Shown: positions 48,515 to 60,900 of the stretch, piece after piece | Layout: the number at the start of each line of letters is the position of its first letter | How positions within the stretch are numbered: the first letter of the stretch is position 1 | Source: Mayamaea pseudoterrestris | Taxonomy: Eukaryota | Assembly (NCBI GenBank): GCA_027923505.1 | Contig: BROI01000004.1 | Coordinates: 248,001 to 312,000 of the forward strand | Direction: 5' to 3' | DNA: 64,000 nt | Translations under genes and position numbers: made by a program | Notes under the pieces: model-generated | Told to the model about the DNA's origin: nothing | The model's database searches: none | What the model saw: only the letters and a program-made list of their open reading frames with translations

Positions 48515-51500
48515 ATGGCGGACGCCGCTATGGGACCTAGCAAAACGTCTCAGGACAGTGGCGGGCGAGGACGAGGACGTGGACGAGGTAGATTTGGAGG
48601 GCGAGGAAGAGGCAAGAGTGGTAGAAGTGGAGGAAGGGGACGATCTGATGGTCGAGGGCGCGGCTTGACTGTAAATGAAAATGTCGAGCTTTCAACCACG
48701 CCAACACTAAATGCAACAAGCGAGATTGGCCCGATCGAAGCTGTTGCAGCATCTGCAAAAGGAATTAAAGACTTGACGCTCAATCCGCAACGGACAGATA
48801 ATTTATCGAAAAAGGAGACGACAGCGGACGAACAGCCGTCATTACAGTTTGATGGAAAGGCAGCGAAACTACCTACAAAGAAAAGCAAGAGACCCAAACA
48901 GCTAATGAAAGCTAAAGCGAATGACAATAAGGAAGTTCAGAAGCAATCGAAAGGAACGAAAGGGCAGAAGCAGTCGAAAATGACGCCGAATTTACAGTCA
49001 ATGAAGGAGACGACAGCGGATGTACCGCCGTCATCACTAGTAAAAGAGGCGGAAGTGACCGACAAGAAACAGCAAAAGTCAGTAACTAGTAACGCGATAG
49101 ACGAGAAGTCCTTGCAATTACAACAGCCAAAGGGAATGAAAGACACACAAAAGAAACAATCGAACAAAGCACCGAAACCGAAAACATCAAAGAATGTTGA
49201 TGAACCTTCTGTTTCGCAATTGGCGCCGTCCATTCCACCAAATCAGCCTCAGCAGACGAGTGATCTTAATTACGCAAGAGGCTCCATGATCAAAGTATTG
49301 CACGTTGCGGAGAAACCTTCCATTGCCGATGCCATTGCCAAAGGCTTGGCGGCAGGATCCATTGTTCGACGAAGCGGCAAGTCACTACCTGTCCATGAGT
49401 TTACGAATCCACCATTCCCAAAGGCCCCGCACGCAGCCAGCTGTCAACATGTTGTAACTTCTGTCGCGGGTCATGTTTATAGTGTAGACTTTCCAGCGCA
49501 GTATCAAAGCTGGGATGCCGTTGATCCTGCCGAGTTATTCTCCGCTCCAATTACGCGCAAACCAAACCAGGGCAGTGTTGTTCGGCATCTGCAGACGGAA
49601 GCCAAAGGCGTTGATTTCATTGTGCTATGGATGGACTGCGATCGCGAAGGTGAAAACATTAACTATGAGGTTCTTGACTGTACCATGCACTTGATGAAGG
49701 CGGGTGGAAGTGCAGCCAACTTTGATCGAGTATATAGGGCACACTTTTCGGCGATCAATCCGTCGGACATTCAAAAAGCATATAAGACGCTCGGCAAACC
49801 TGACAAGAACCAGGCGCTCTGCGTCGATGCGAGACAGGAGCTTGATTTAAAAGTGGGTGTGGCCTTTTCGCGCTTTCAAACAAGGTTCTTTCAGGGTCAG
49901 TATGGGGACTTGGATAGCGCAGTTCTTTCATATGGACCGTGTCAGACGCCGACGCTTGGCTTTTGCGTTCAGCGCCACATTGACATGGAAACCTTCAAGC
50001 CAGAACCATTTTGGGTACTGGAACTCAATGTTTTGAAACGTGGTCGTAGCTTGAATGCACTTTGGGGATCTGGTCGGTCGTTCAACAGAAACCACGTGGA
50101 AAAGCTGTTGGACCAAGCGCTTTCCAGCGGAGTGGCTGTTGCGCAAGTGTCGGATGTCGTGACGAAGGAGAAGAAGCAGGGTCGGCCGATTCCGCTGAAC
50201 ACTACGGCGCTTTTAAAGGCATGCAGTAAGGCACTGGGTATTGGGCCACACGCCGCAATGTCAACGGCAGAGCGGCTTTACTTGATGGGCTACCTCTCGT
50301 ACCCTCGAACGGAGTCAAGTGCATATCCAAAGTCGTTCGACATTGCAGAAACGCTTCGACAACAATCATCCGACTCTCGATGGGGCAGCTACGTTTCCAA
50401 ATTGCTTCGCGAAGGGCACAACAAGTCCCGAGGTGGCGTTGACATGGGAGACCATCCTCCCATCACACCATGCCGAGCTGCTGGCCCACATGAACTTTCG
50501 GGTGACATGGCGAGAGTAGCGTGAGCAACCATCGTATTAAAAGACGCCGGCCAAGCCAGGTATCTTTATTGTCCGTTCATATTTTTTCAAATCAACTTCC
50601 GTTGATGGACCGACCGTCGGATTGATGGTTGCCACAAAATTGCGCAGCGGCAGTTGCATCGTTGACGATGGGAAACAAAAAATTCATTCCAACTACGATT
50701 CTGGATGGCTATTGATGATGAAGCAGCATAAGTAAGCAACTGCTGTGACTATGCATAGTGAAATGGTGCGCAACGGCTGGGCGGTTCACGCCGTCAACCG
50801 CCTTGTTGATGTTGTTTGTTGACTGCCAAAACAATGCATCAATGCATTAATGCTTAACACTCACATCCCGGTCATCATCTTTTTACAGCGCACAGGCATC
50901 TCATGCTCTTTCTAGTCAAGGTTCGAGGTTCATTCCGACTGACAGATGTTATTGACCATTGAACTGCATCGGCAGCCTTTTACTGCGACGTGCTAAAGCG
51001 CTAATTAAAGGATTCAAGTCAATATTTTATGTGATAACTATCCCTTCTGACGAATAGAAGCAAGTTGTAAGTGTATACTTTAGGATAAATGAGTATAGCA
51101 CTTGGAAGAGCGGCTGCAACTGCGATGCGGAAGGGCTGATGCATCTGGACCAAAGCTGGAGCAGCAGCGGGACCAATACGCCTCGTATGACAAAACTAAT
51201 TACACCAATAGATGCCGCTTAACTTAATTAATAGATCTAGTGCTTTAAATTTCTGTTAAGGACCAACTGTACGTACTATTCCTTGGAGTGCAGAGGGCTC
51301 ATACGGGTGTGCATCATCCTTCGTCGACTTGCAACTGGCCCAAGCCGAAACAAATTGTGAATGGATCTCGCCCGGCTCGATGAAGAACGGCGCGGCCGGC
51401 GTCTTTTAATACGATGGTTGCTCACTGTTTGTTGTACGGCACTTTATTGCATCCGTTTCTAGAGATGCCGTATGGAAGTCGACTAGGGTGGATTTTACCG

Positions 51501-52954
51501 TTGCTTCCCTTGGGGATAAGGGGTTGTTTGCGTTAAGAGGAAAGCAAATTGTTGATCCTGGCTTTTTGGAGATACTCCTACACAAGGAATACGGAGACGA
51601 TGCCGAAAAAAATGTAGACGGATATCACGACGCGGATGATGACGAAGAAGAAGACCGCGAGATTCCCGATTTTGCGAAAGGCGAAATCATTCCATTGACA
51701 AACAGCTCGTCATCCTCGAATGGATCAAAGAAAGTTGCCGTAGCCGCCGCTTTCGATGGAATAAGAGGATCGTTGCGCATCAAGGAGGGAGTAACGACGC
51801 CTCCAAAATATTTGACCGAATCTGAACTGATTGGTTTGATGGAACGACATGGCATTGGGACGGATGCAAGTATCGCAACTCACATTGAGAACATTCAGAA
51901 GCGGAATTATGTAGTACTTGAAACCGGGCGTCGTTTACGACCTACCCGTCTTGGCCTCGTTCTCGTGCAGGGATATCATCAAATCGACAGTTCGTTGGTT
52001 CTTCCTCGAGTACGATCTGATATTGAAGGGCAGTGTAACAAAATTGCGAAAGGCGAAGCGTCGAAAGACGTTGTGGTCGACCATGCTCTTCATCTGTTCC
52101 GGTCCAAGTACGACCTATTTGTAAAGGACATACAAAAGATGAATGTTTTGTTTTCAACTTCTTTCGCCAAGCTCGAAGACGTCGGCAAACCATTCACTCG
52201 ATGTGGCTTGACTCGTCGCTATCTTCAATTCATCGCTGGACCACCTCCTCGATTATACAATAAACATACCGAGACGGTGTACCCACTGCCGCAGGGCGGC
52301 ATAGTAAAGCAATGGAGCGGACGGTCATGTCCTGTGGAAGGATGTGGCTTTGAGCTGAGCATGTATTCGGTTGGACACCCCGAGCGATCGTTTCCATTTT
52401 GTCCTCGCTGCTATAACGCTCCGGAGTGGGCACTCGCGCAAGAGAGTTTGCCGGAAGATTTAGAGGAACAAGAGGACGAAGCAAAGGAACGACAAATTCG
52501 GAGAATTGCAGGGAAAAGCATGTGTCTCGAGTGTCCTCTTCCTGATCGACACCCTTTAATTGAGGAATTGACGGTGGCACTCGATCCCGACAGTGATGGC
52601 GTACTCGTAGTAGACGCGCACTTTGGTCCAAAGTGGAGATTGGTATCAACTCGCGCGCCAACAATCATTTATCTTTCGAAAAGCATTGATAACGTTACAG
52701 TTCTCGACGAGAGAGATGACGCATTCCAAGTGCACAAGATGAGAGTCGAGTTCAAGGCAAATGAGTCGCTTCTTCCCGACAAGAGCTCCAAATATGTGTG
52801 CTCCTTTACCACTGACGAGACCTTGCAAATTTCTAGTCGCGTTTTCCACGCAGCGGAAAGGACTCAAGGTGGTGGTCGGGGTAGGGGACGTGGCGGTCGC
52901 GGTGCTCGAGGAAGGGGTGGACGAGGCGGACGTGGTGGAACTGGTAGAAGGTAG
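48515..52954 (+). CDS. TOP3B: DNA topoisomerase III beta, interrupted at ~50519-51427 by a TIR element (this allele probably disrupted)
   Basis: Toprim VAEKPSIA and MDCDREGENI; YGPCQTPTLGF; catalytic GYLSYPRTES; GDHPPITP. After the insert: FVVRHFIAS, GIGTDAS, a C-terminal Cys-rich region and an RGG box. Confidence 0.9.
50521..51425. mobile_element. Non-autonomous DNA transposon (MITE-like, Tc1/mariner-type ends) with perfect 32-bp terminal inverted repeats
   Basis: GTGAGCAACCATCGTATTAAAAGACGCCGGCC (50521-50552) and its exact reverse complement (51394-51425). The interior has no ORF of 60 aa or more. The right end continues ...CACTG and TA lies at 50517-50518. Confidence 0.9.
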
Positions 52955-52979
52955 ATTATAATTAAAGCTAAGCGTCTAT

Positions 52980-54986
52980 TTACCTTACTTCACCCACTGC
53001 AGCTTCATTCGTCTCAACACTAGGTTTCTTAGCATGGATGCTAAACTTATCACGTTTCACATCTGTCAAGAACGGTGTCCAGTGGAGCTTTGACGGGTCG
53101 ACTCGAGGCTCTTTCACCGGATACTTTTCGGCCAACCGTATAAGCAAATTTCTCTCTGCCGCAATAAAGTACACTCCATTGATAATCTTGAGTATTCCAA
53201 GCATGTTGAGCGTGTACACAATATCCTCTGCCATGATGGACGTCTTTTTGGAGATGTCCATGATACTGAGAGATGACTCATCAGATTGGTTGAGCAAGAA
53301 ATCTAGAACTGTCGATGCCCAATATGGTTTGTATGCCTGTTGACCAAGGTCACTCATGGGCTTTTCCGGGCTGCCAACTTTCTCCTCCTTTTGTGACAAG
53401 GCGTAAGAGAAAGCAATCAAAAAGCGGCCGTACCCTTTGCGCTGCTGTGAGGGAAAGCTCAAAATGCACGCCAAGTTAAAACCAACGTCGCTATACTTTT
53501 CCTTGCTAAAATAACCAACAGGATGAAAGCCCCGATTGTCAACTTCACAAAGCACATAGAATAGGAATGGATCAACATCAAAGTACAGAGTCTTGTGATC
53601 AAGAAAAAGCTTAGCAATGTAGCACAAATTCTGGCAGTAAATCTTTTCCTCTTGACCATCAACCTCAAACATGGCCAGGTTGCCCTTTCGGTAGATTTCA
53701 CTGCCTGGTGGATGGCGCTGTGGCGGCAAAATGCGCGACTGATAGCGTTGCAGTTCACTCTTACGGGCAAACATGCCAAAGGTAAACTCGCAAACGTATA
53801 AAACGTCGAGGAAGCCCGACGATCCAATCAGTTCCTTCGGAAATGGCGAATAATACCACGTTTCCATCTGAAACTCACCCAACTCCAAATATGAAACATT
53901 CTTGACCTTGGTGACTTCCTCATGCTCGCGCAAAGAGGCCTCATCCAAGCCTTCGTGCTCGTCAAGCTCCTGCGCATGCACCGTTGCCACAATGTGCCCA
54001 CCAACGGTATGTGTCGTGACGGTTTCCGTCTTGAGTTCCACAACTTCCTTCTTGTGATGTCCCACTTCCTTGACACCTTCTTCATAATCTTCATCATCCA
54101 GCAGCATTTTCTGTTGATTGGATGCCATGACTGTTCCATCGTCATCATCGTAGTTGTCATCGTTGTCATCACCCTTGCGACGGCTGGCCCGTCGACTAGT
54201 GCGACCACCCGAGTCTTCAATGCTTGGCGTTGCACCGCCACTTGCCAGTTTGCGTCTGCTACGTGGCCCCTGTCCGATCAAATTAGCTGCTAGTTCCACT
54301 GCTTGCTCGTCTTTGCGCAATTGCTCGAGCTTCTTTTGCTTCTCCTCCAATCGCTTGAGTGCTCTCGCCTTGGCGTTGCCAATGGATGGCGGCGACACAA
54401 TGCGATCAATTGTAATCCACTCGTCCATGCGTCGATTCAAGTCACGGTAATGAACATAGTATCTATAGGTTGGTGGAACGTTGGAACCATTGTCAATAAC
54501 TGCGCGATCGATAATATCGGCAAGCAAAATGCATCTGTTGCTCTTGTTGATTGTGCCGCCATCAGCTGCATTTTCATCATTAGAATTGTTCTTATCATTC
54601 TCTTCCTCACTAGTATCGGAATCAGACCACCAATCTTCCTCATCGTTGCTTTGATCCTGCGGCTGCTTGTCCTTGCGCCACACCTCAATGACGGAGGATC
54701 GTGGATAGGGGTGAGTGTCAATAGAGGGTCGGTCGCCAATCGGAGTGGCTCGATCGGATGCTCGCGAGTCGCATCGCTGTCGGTTCTTATGTGGAGCTGA
54801 CTTTACATTATTGTTCATGGCTACTTCAAGGTTTGTGACTTGTATCGTTGACTGCTGTGCTTGCAAGTCTTGTTGTTCCTTGGTTGTTGGCGGAGTTAAT
54901 TGGTCGAGATCTTTAGTCATCATCGTGTCGTTGTCGTCGCCCTTAGTTGATGATGGCTGCGCTCCAGCATTGCCGTTAGTCTCCAT
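52980..54986 (-). CDS. MYST-family histone acetyltransferase (MOF/Esa1-type) with a tudor-knot chromodomain
   Basis: YYVHYRDLNRRMDEW; HEEVTKVKN; TWYYSPFP; YCQNLCYIAKLFLDHKTLYFDV; QRKGYGRFLI; GSPEKPMSDLG. Confidence 0.95.
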   Translation of the reverse strand: METNGNAGAQPSSTKGDDNDTMMTKDLDQLTPPTTKEQQDLQAQQSTIQVTNLEVAMNNNVKSAPHKNRQRCDSRASDRATPIGDRPSIDTHPYPRSSVIEVWRKDKQPQDQSNDEEDWWSDSDTSEEENDKNNSNDENAADGGTINKSNRCILLADIIDRAVIDNGSNVPPTYRYYVHYRDLNRRMDEWITIDRIVSPPSIGNAKARALKRLEEKQKKLEQLRKDEQAVELAANLIGQGPRSRRKLASGGATPSIEDSGGRTSRRASRRKGDDNDDNYDDDDGTVMASNQQKMLLDDEDYEEGVKEVGHHKKEVVELKTETVTTHTVGGHIVATVHAQELDEHEGLDEASLREHEEVTKVKNVSYLELGEFQMETWYYSPFPKELIGSSGFLDVLYVCEFTFGMFARKSELQRYQSRILPPQRHPPGSEIYRKGNLAMFEVDGQEEKIYCQNLCYIAKLFLDHKTLYFDVDPFLFYVLCEVDNRGFHPVGYFSKEKYSDVGFNLACILSFPSQQRKGYGRFLIAFSYALSQKEEKVGSPEKPMSDLGQQAYKPYWASTVLDFLLNQSDESSLSIMDISKKTSIMAEDIVYTLNMLGILKIINGVYFIAAERNLLIRLAEKYPVKEPRVDPSKLHWTPFLTDVKRDKFSIHAKKPSVETNEAAVGEVR

Positions 54987-55307
54987 TGTTATAATATTAT
55001 TGTAATGGAGTGTATATTTACAATTTTGATCAGAAAAGGTATTGCTATCAATGCTTTCTGTGAATGGAAATCATTCGTCATGGTCATCGTTCCATACACG
55101 GTCGTCGCGGCGCCCGCGCTGTCGCAGGTTGAGTCGTGCTACGACAGCTGTGTTGCGGTGTGACATTTTGGATACGATAATTATTTCGCACCTTTTGCCG
55201 TTGCATTCAAACGTGATAACGTCTTTCAGGTCCGACCCATGTCTCTCGGTCCATTGCATTGCGGTTGTATGCCTTTGATTTCATCAAAAACATCAAGGTT
55301 CCTCACC

Positions 55308-56342
55308 ATGAACAATGCGAAAGTCACTAGCTTTAACTGGATTCCTTTCATACTCCTCTTGACAAGCTTTTTTGTTTTGAACATTCTCCGAGAGACCATG
55401 AAGTTGTACACTTCAGCGTCTACCAGGCAAACGACGCGAGCAACTGGAGACGAACACTCAAAGATCAGCACAAGCACCATAACAAACAGTTCACCCTGTC
55501 CAAAGATGACTCCAGAAGTCGTTCCAGTCTTTTACAACCTCTTTGTTGTGAATGAAACCGAGAGCAAGCGAGTGCGACAACTCGTCGATGAACAACTTTC
55601 CATTCTTTTACCGGAGCATCAAGTGTATATGCACTCAATTGGATATCCACTGGACATCCCTGGTACCACCATGCTGCAGCATCATGAACAAGGTGACGAG
55701 CCGCTGACGCTTCATTCACTATGGGAATATTGCACACTTCAACCAAATTCCAAAGTGGTTTACTTGCACGCAAAAGGATCCTTTCATCCGATGCCAGAGA
55801 ATGAGCAACTGCGAAGGTTTTTGACGGCTGGTGCATTATCCGAAGAATGTTTGCACTTACCGGATGCCTGCAACGTTTGTTCCTCCCGCATGTCACCCTT
55901 TCCACACCCGCATACACCCGGCAACATGTGGTTGGCAAAATGCCAATATATTCGTCAACTCATTGATCCACTCTTGTTTCAAGCCAGGATGGATGACTTT
56001 GCTGGCAAATTCAAAATTGGAGGGCTGGCTAGATACGCATGCTATGGTCTCGATCGATACGCTGCCGAGCACTGGGTGCACTCACACCCAACTTGCAAGC
56101 CATGCGACTTGAGCGAGGATTCCAAGTTTACGTGGGGCTATGCCAATATTCCGTCTGCTAACTTTTCCAAACGTTTGAGCATGGCGCCGCGCTTCAACAA
56201 AAGCGTCTACGAGCACGAAACTTTTTGTAGAATGCCGCCATTCACAGGATCGCTGGTGACGGATCGCATTGCCGAGTTTCAGGAACTGTACAATGAGACT
56301 CCATTGAATGATTGGTGGGGATGGGACGCTTACTATACCTAG
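55308..56342 (+). CDS. Type II membrane hypothetical protein, putative glycosyltransferase-like fold
   Basis: N-terminal TM (WIPFILLLTSFFVL); motifs VVYLHAKGSFH, CNVC, GNMWLAKCQYI and RYAAEHW. The function is inferred only. Confidence 0.7.
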   Translation: MNNAKVTSFNWIPFILLLTSFFVLNILRETMKLYTSASTRQTTRATGDEHSKISTSTITNSSPCPKMTPEVVPVFYNLFVVNETESKRVRQLVDEQLSILLPEHQVYMHSIGYPLDIPGTTMLQHHEQGDEPLTLHSLWEYCTLQPNSKVVYLHAKGSFHPMPENEQLRRFLTAGALSEECLHLPDACNVCSSRMSPFPHPHTPGNMWLAKCQYIRQLIDPLLFQARMDDFAGKFKIGGLARYACYGLDRYAAEHWVHSHPTCKPCDLSEDSKFTWGYANIPSANFSKRLSMAPRFNKSVYEHETFCRMPPFTGSLVTDRIAEFQELYNETPLNDWWGWDAYYT

Positions 56343-56529
56343 GAGACAATCTTTTAGTAAAGTTTTGTTCTCATTTGATCGCATTCATGGTTGTAATTGC
56401 TTACAGTAGCTGCAAGAGAACCTTGTCGGATGTGGGAAATTGATATCCGGTAAGTACCGGTATGACTTTTAAAAGTACCGCTACGAATCACGATGTCCTG
56501 CACGTTTCCGTCCAGCCATCGATTCCATC

Positions 56530-56667
56530 TGTTGAGCATGGATGAGAACCCAAACCGAAGAGACAGCGGTGACGTCACGAAGACGGTCACGTTTAAGTAA
56601 GCGCGGTAAGCGGCAACCGAAGGAGTGGATCGAGGACGATCACTTCTTGGAGAAAATAAGTAAAGTG
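56530..56667 (+). repeat. 5' LTR, truncated to 138 bp
   Basis: Identical to 60690-60827, then diverges after TAAAGTG. Confidence 0.93.
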
Positions 56668-59600
56668 CTGGGAATCGTTCCAGGAACCAAGGCAATGTTA
56701 ACGAACTCAGCGGACGATCGTGCGCCAGTGGAAATTTCAAAGAGCGAGCGGTTCGCTGGCTATCTCTGACTAGCGATTCGCGCGATCGATGGATTCATCC
56801 GTCTGACGAGCGAGATCATCACTTTGGTTAGGCGCTCCTACAAGAAATATACCAAGGAGGCTCTCAAGGGCATGCGCAACGTGGAACTGGAGATTCCTGA
56901 CGAGCCTGCGGCCGTCAACGAAGGATGCCGACCACGACCGGACTCCGGACTGGTCCATAATGCTCGAGGAATACAAGGCCGACAAGAAAGAGCATGTCGG
57001 CCGCGTCGTGTACTCCGACTTCCTCGCTGGTCTCTACGCCGTGTTGTATGGGCAATGCACGGACGTATGAAGGATCGTGTCAAGTCGCACGCCGAGTTCC
57101 GAACCGAGGAGGACACGAAAATTAAGTTGCTGCGATTATCAAGGAGTCTCGCACATCTGACGCGCGCTGCAAACTTGTGGATCAAGTCGTGGACATTCAA
57201 GCCTGAGTTGTTCGGACGTACTCAAGGAGCGAAAGCCTGCAGAAATATTACGAAGCATGGTCACGCTGCAGACGTGGCAAGGCGGATTAGCGTCACGATG
57301 CACAACGATTGTGGCGCTGAACATTGCCAAGGATGACAATCGTAACAAGGCGAACAAGGAGGATATCAAGGCCGAAGAGCTCGACTTCCGCGATGCTTTG
57401 TCGTGCGTGCGCAACGGGCAATACGCTGGGTATTGCAAGCACTTGCGCAACTGCTACCTGACGGGCACGACAACTTCCGTTGACGATCCACGATGCATAC
57501 AACATCATGCAGCGTCGTGAGCATGCGGATGGAGGAAGCCACGCTAACGACGAGGGCGTGGCGTTTCACACGACTGGTACAGCGTGACCTCCCAGATGCT
57601 GGATCTGCCAACAGGTTGGTCATGTGCAGCGAGACTGTCCCACGGGACGGAGTCTACGGAGAGTGCGCCGGCTGCAGAGGCTAGTGGGGCGCAGCACTTC
57701 ACGCTGGGTAGCGAGGAAGATAGCGACGACGACGACGAGGTCGGATACATGTTCGCGCAGCCGCCGAAGGTGAACATCTCGAAGAAGGCTGTGCTCTTGG
57801 ACAATCAGTCGACAGTGGATCTGTTCTGCAACGCCAAGATGCTGACGAACATTCGCCCGGTGCCAACGTGGATGGTGATCAAGTGCAACGCTGGTACAGT
57901 AAGGACGAACATGATGGGCACCTGGAGGGCTATGGTCGGTGTGGTGGTATCCGCAGGGACTGGCGAACATTTTGAGTTTGGCGCAAGTCCGAAAGAAGTT
58001 TACCGTGGAGTATCTCATGCATGGCGTGGAGCGTCCAATGTTCGTCGTGGAGAAGCCGGACGGTAAGCAGCGAGAGTTTGTCGAGACGGACTCTGGGCTG
58101 TATGTTTGCGAGAGCTTTTCAAAGGGCAAGCGCGGCGATGTCAAGGATGGAGTGGCGATGTTGACTACGGTAGACGATAACCGTACTAACACCAATGATG
58201 ACTATTTACGCGCTGTTAGAGCTAGGGGAACTGCAAATCAAAAATTGGACGGCCAAGCCTCAAGGGTTACCTGCACGTCGTTACTAGCAATCAGTTGCCA
58301 AACTGTCCTGTGACGAAGCCCGACATCCTGGCTGCTGAGCACATCTTTGGACCAGATGTTGGCTCGTTAAAAGGAAAGACGACGCGTCGCGTCGTCGCAT
58401 CTGTGAAGCGCTGCGATTGTTGAGCAGCTTCCACGGCTATCATGAGTCGTTATCGAGACGTTACTCTTTGTGCTGACATCATGTATACAACAAGGTCCCC
58501 ATGTTGGTGACGTTCTCCCGCAGCATTCGTTTTGCTACGTCGAGGTGGTTCAAAACCGTACGCTTCCGGTTATGTTGAAGGCAATTGAGTCTGTGTTGAA
58601 GATTTACGCACGCCTTGGTGGGTTCCGTGTCGTCGCGGCTCTGATGGATGGGAGTTCGCTCAATGCTTGGCGCGTTGGCTGATCTCGAGTGGCGCTCAAT
58701 GCACGTCTGAGGATGAGCACGTTGGCGAAATCGAACGTTTTATCCGTGTCGTGAAGGAACGGGTGCGCGCGACATACAACCGCTGCCGTTTAAGCACGTG
58801 CGGCACGATTGGTTATCGAGATGACTGAAGTCTGCCGTGTTTTGGTGAGTCAATTCGAGCAGTGGCATTGAAGGATCTGTCACACCATTGTGACTGGTCA
58901 GACAGTTGAAACTTTAATCGGCATTGCAAGTATGCATTCGGTCAGTATGTGCAAACGCATGGAGTCACACAGTAATGACATGCAGGCGCACGATTGGTCT
59001 TGCGCCTCGCGCCGACTGGTAATGTGCAGGGCGGGTTTTATTTCCTCAGTTTGTCTTCGGGAAAATCTCGATATTGCGCTCACCCTTTGCCCATGCCTGA
59101 TGATGTCATTGAGCGCGTGCATCGTCTCGCTCGTCAACAGAAGGCCAATCCGGCATCGTGTTCATGGACCGCCACCTGTTGCGAAGCTGCTGAGCGGTCA
59201 TGTGGCACGATGATGACAACGAGATGATGATGACTCTGATTACGATGACGACGCTTCTCGGGCGGGAGCGACTTGCCGCGGAAGCGCAGGAGTGAATGCG
59301 ACCCGATGACGACAGCCGCACGACGATGGTGCTGACGGCGCAATCGGGAGTGCCGGACGATGAGGAGGATGACGCCGTGGATGCGACCGTGGGGGATGGC
59401 GAAATTGAAGGAGTGCCCGATGAAGCGAAATTGAAGGAGTGCCAGCTGCTGCAGACAAGAGGATTTCGATGCGCGCTTGGCCGCGACCTTGGGTCGGTAT
59501 GGCTGCGTTCGCAAACCCTCGTCGGTTCACTCATTTGTTCAGCACGTAGCTGCAAGTCCCGAGTCCACGGCACAGATGAACACGAGTTGAAGCTTTTTGG

Positions 59601-60689
59601 CGATGCTGGAGTGGAGCATCCGAAATGCAGCAGCTACGACGAGGCACGTCATGAAAGCAGTCCCTTGTCAATGGAAAGCAAATCACCGCGGTGGGATGGC
59701 ACGTGGACGATTTGAAGATTTCCGCACGTCGACGTGAGCGTAGTGGATGCGTTCATCGAGCAGATGGATGAGGAGTTCGGCAAGGAGACTCCAATGAACA
59801 AGTCACGCGGAAAAGTGCACGACTACCTCGGCATGGTATTGGACTATACTAAGCCTGAGAAGTAGCAATCAACATGGTTGATTATGTGGAAGAACATCCT
59901 TCATCATGCGCCGGGCGACATGGATGGAACGGGCAGCTATCCGGCCGCCAGTCACTTGTTTCAGATCTCGGAAAATCCTGTCATGCTGAGCGAGCGAAGA
60001 AGCAGATTTTTGTGACGATTGTGATGCAGTGTCTGTATCTGAGTCAGCGAGCGACCGGATATTCGCACAGCGATTTCTTTCTTGAGCACGAGGCTGCAGC
60101 AGCCCGACGAAGACGACTATAAGAAGGCTGCAAGAGTGATTAAATATTTACGCGGAAGCGTGGACATGGTGTTGACGCTGAAGGCGGACCAGTCCGGGAT
60201 AGTCCAGTGGTGGGTGGATGCATCACGGACACGCAGACATGAAGGGTCACACTGGTGGAACAATGACACTTGGAAAAGGGTCAGTGTACAGTACGTCGGC
60301 TAAACAGAAGTTGGTAACAAGAAGCTCGACGGAGAGTGAAGTCGTGGAGTTCACGATGCTACCGCAGTTGATGTGGACAGGATATTTTCTGAAGGCACAA
60401 GGTTTCGGGGTCAAGGACACGAAATTGTACCAAGACAATATGAGTTCAATGTTGTTGGAAAAGAATGGCAGAAGCTCAAGTACAAAGCGCACGCGACACA
60501 TGAATGTTCGGTACTTCTTTGTGAAGGATCGCGTGGCAGCTGGTGAGGTCAACATCGAGCATTGTCCGACCGGAGACATGGTCGCGGATTTCTTTACGAA
60601 ACCATTGCAGGGAGCCCAGTTTGGCAAGCTCCGCAACCTGGTTATGAATCTGGCCTCAAGCAGTAAGTACTACTTGGACCAAAGGAGTG

Positions 60690-60900
60690 TGTTGAGCATG
60701 GATGAGAACCCAAACCGAAGAGACAGCGGTGACGTCACGAAGACGGTCACGTTTAAGTAAGCGCGGTAAGCGGCAACCGAAGGAGTGGATCGAGGACGAT
60801 CACTTCTTGGAGAAAATAAGTAAAGTGGTTTTATTGACTCTGTTCTGCTTAATCATTAGTGTCGCTTCAAGGGCGCGCAAGATATATTCTAGATCCAACA
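60690..60900 (+). repeat. 3' LTR, complete (211 bp)
   Basis: TGTTG...CAACA followed by the TSD CCATC. Confidence 0.93.

Larger units (their letters stand above)
56530..60900 (+). mobile_element. Defective Ty1/copia LTR retrotransposon (diatom CoDi-like) with a 5-bp target-site duplication CCATC
   Basis: TG...CA ends (TGTTG...CAACA), with CCATC at 56525-56529 and 60901-60905. Coding remnants: protease LLDNQSTVDLFCN (~57790), integrase fragments, RT remnant WHVDDLKIS (~59700) and RNase H KQKLVTRSSTESE / YQDNMSS / DMVADFFTKPLQG. Purine-rich AAAGGAG precedes the 3' LTR. Confidence 0.95.

Noticed and set aside
50553..51393. Transposase inside the TIR element
   Set aside because: There is no ORF of 60 aa or more and no DDE/D motif was seen.
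56542..59715. Small ORFs within the copia element as independent genes
   Set aside because: They are frameshifted gag/pol fragments or LTR read-through.
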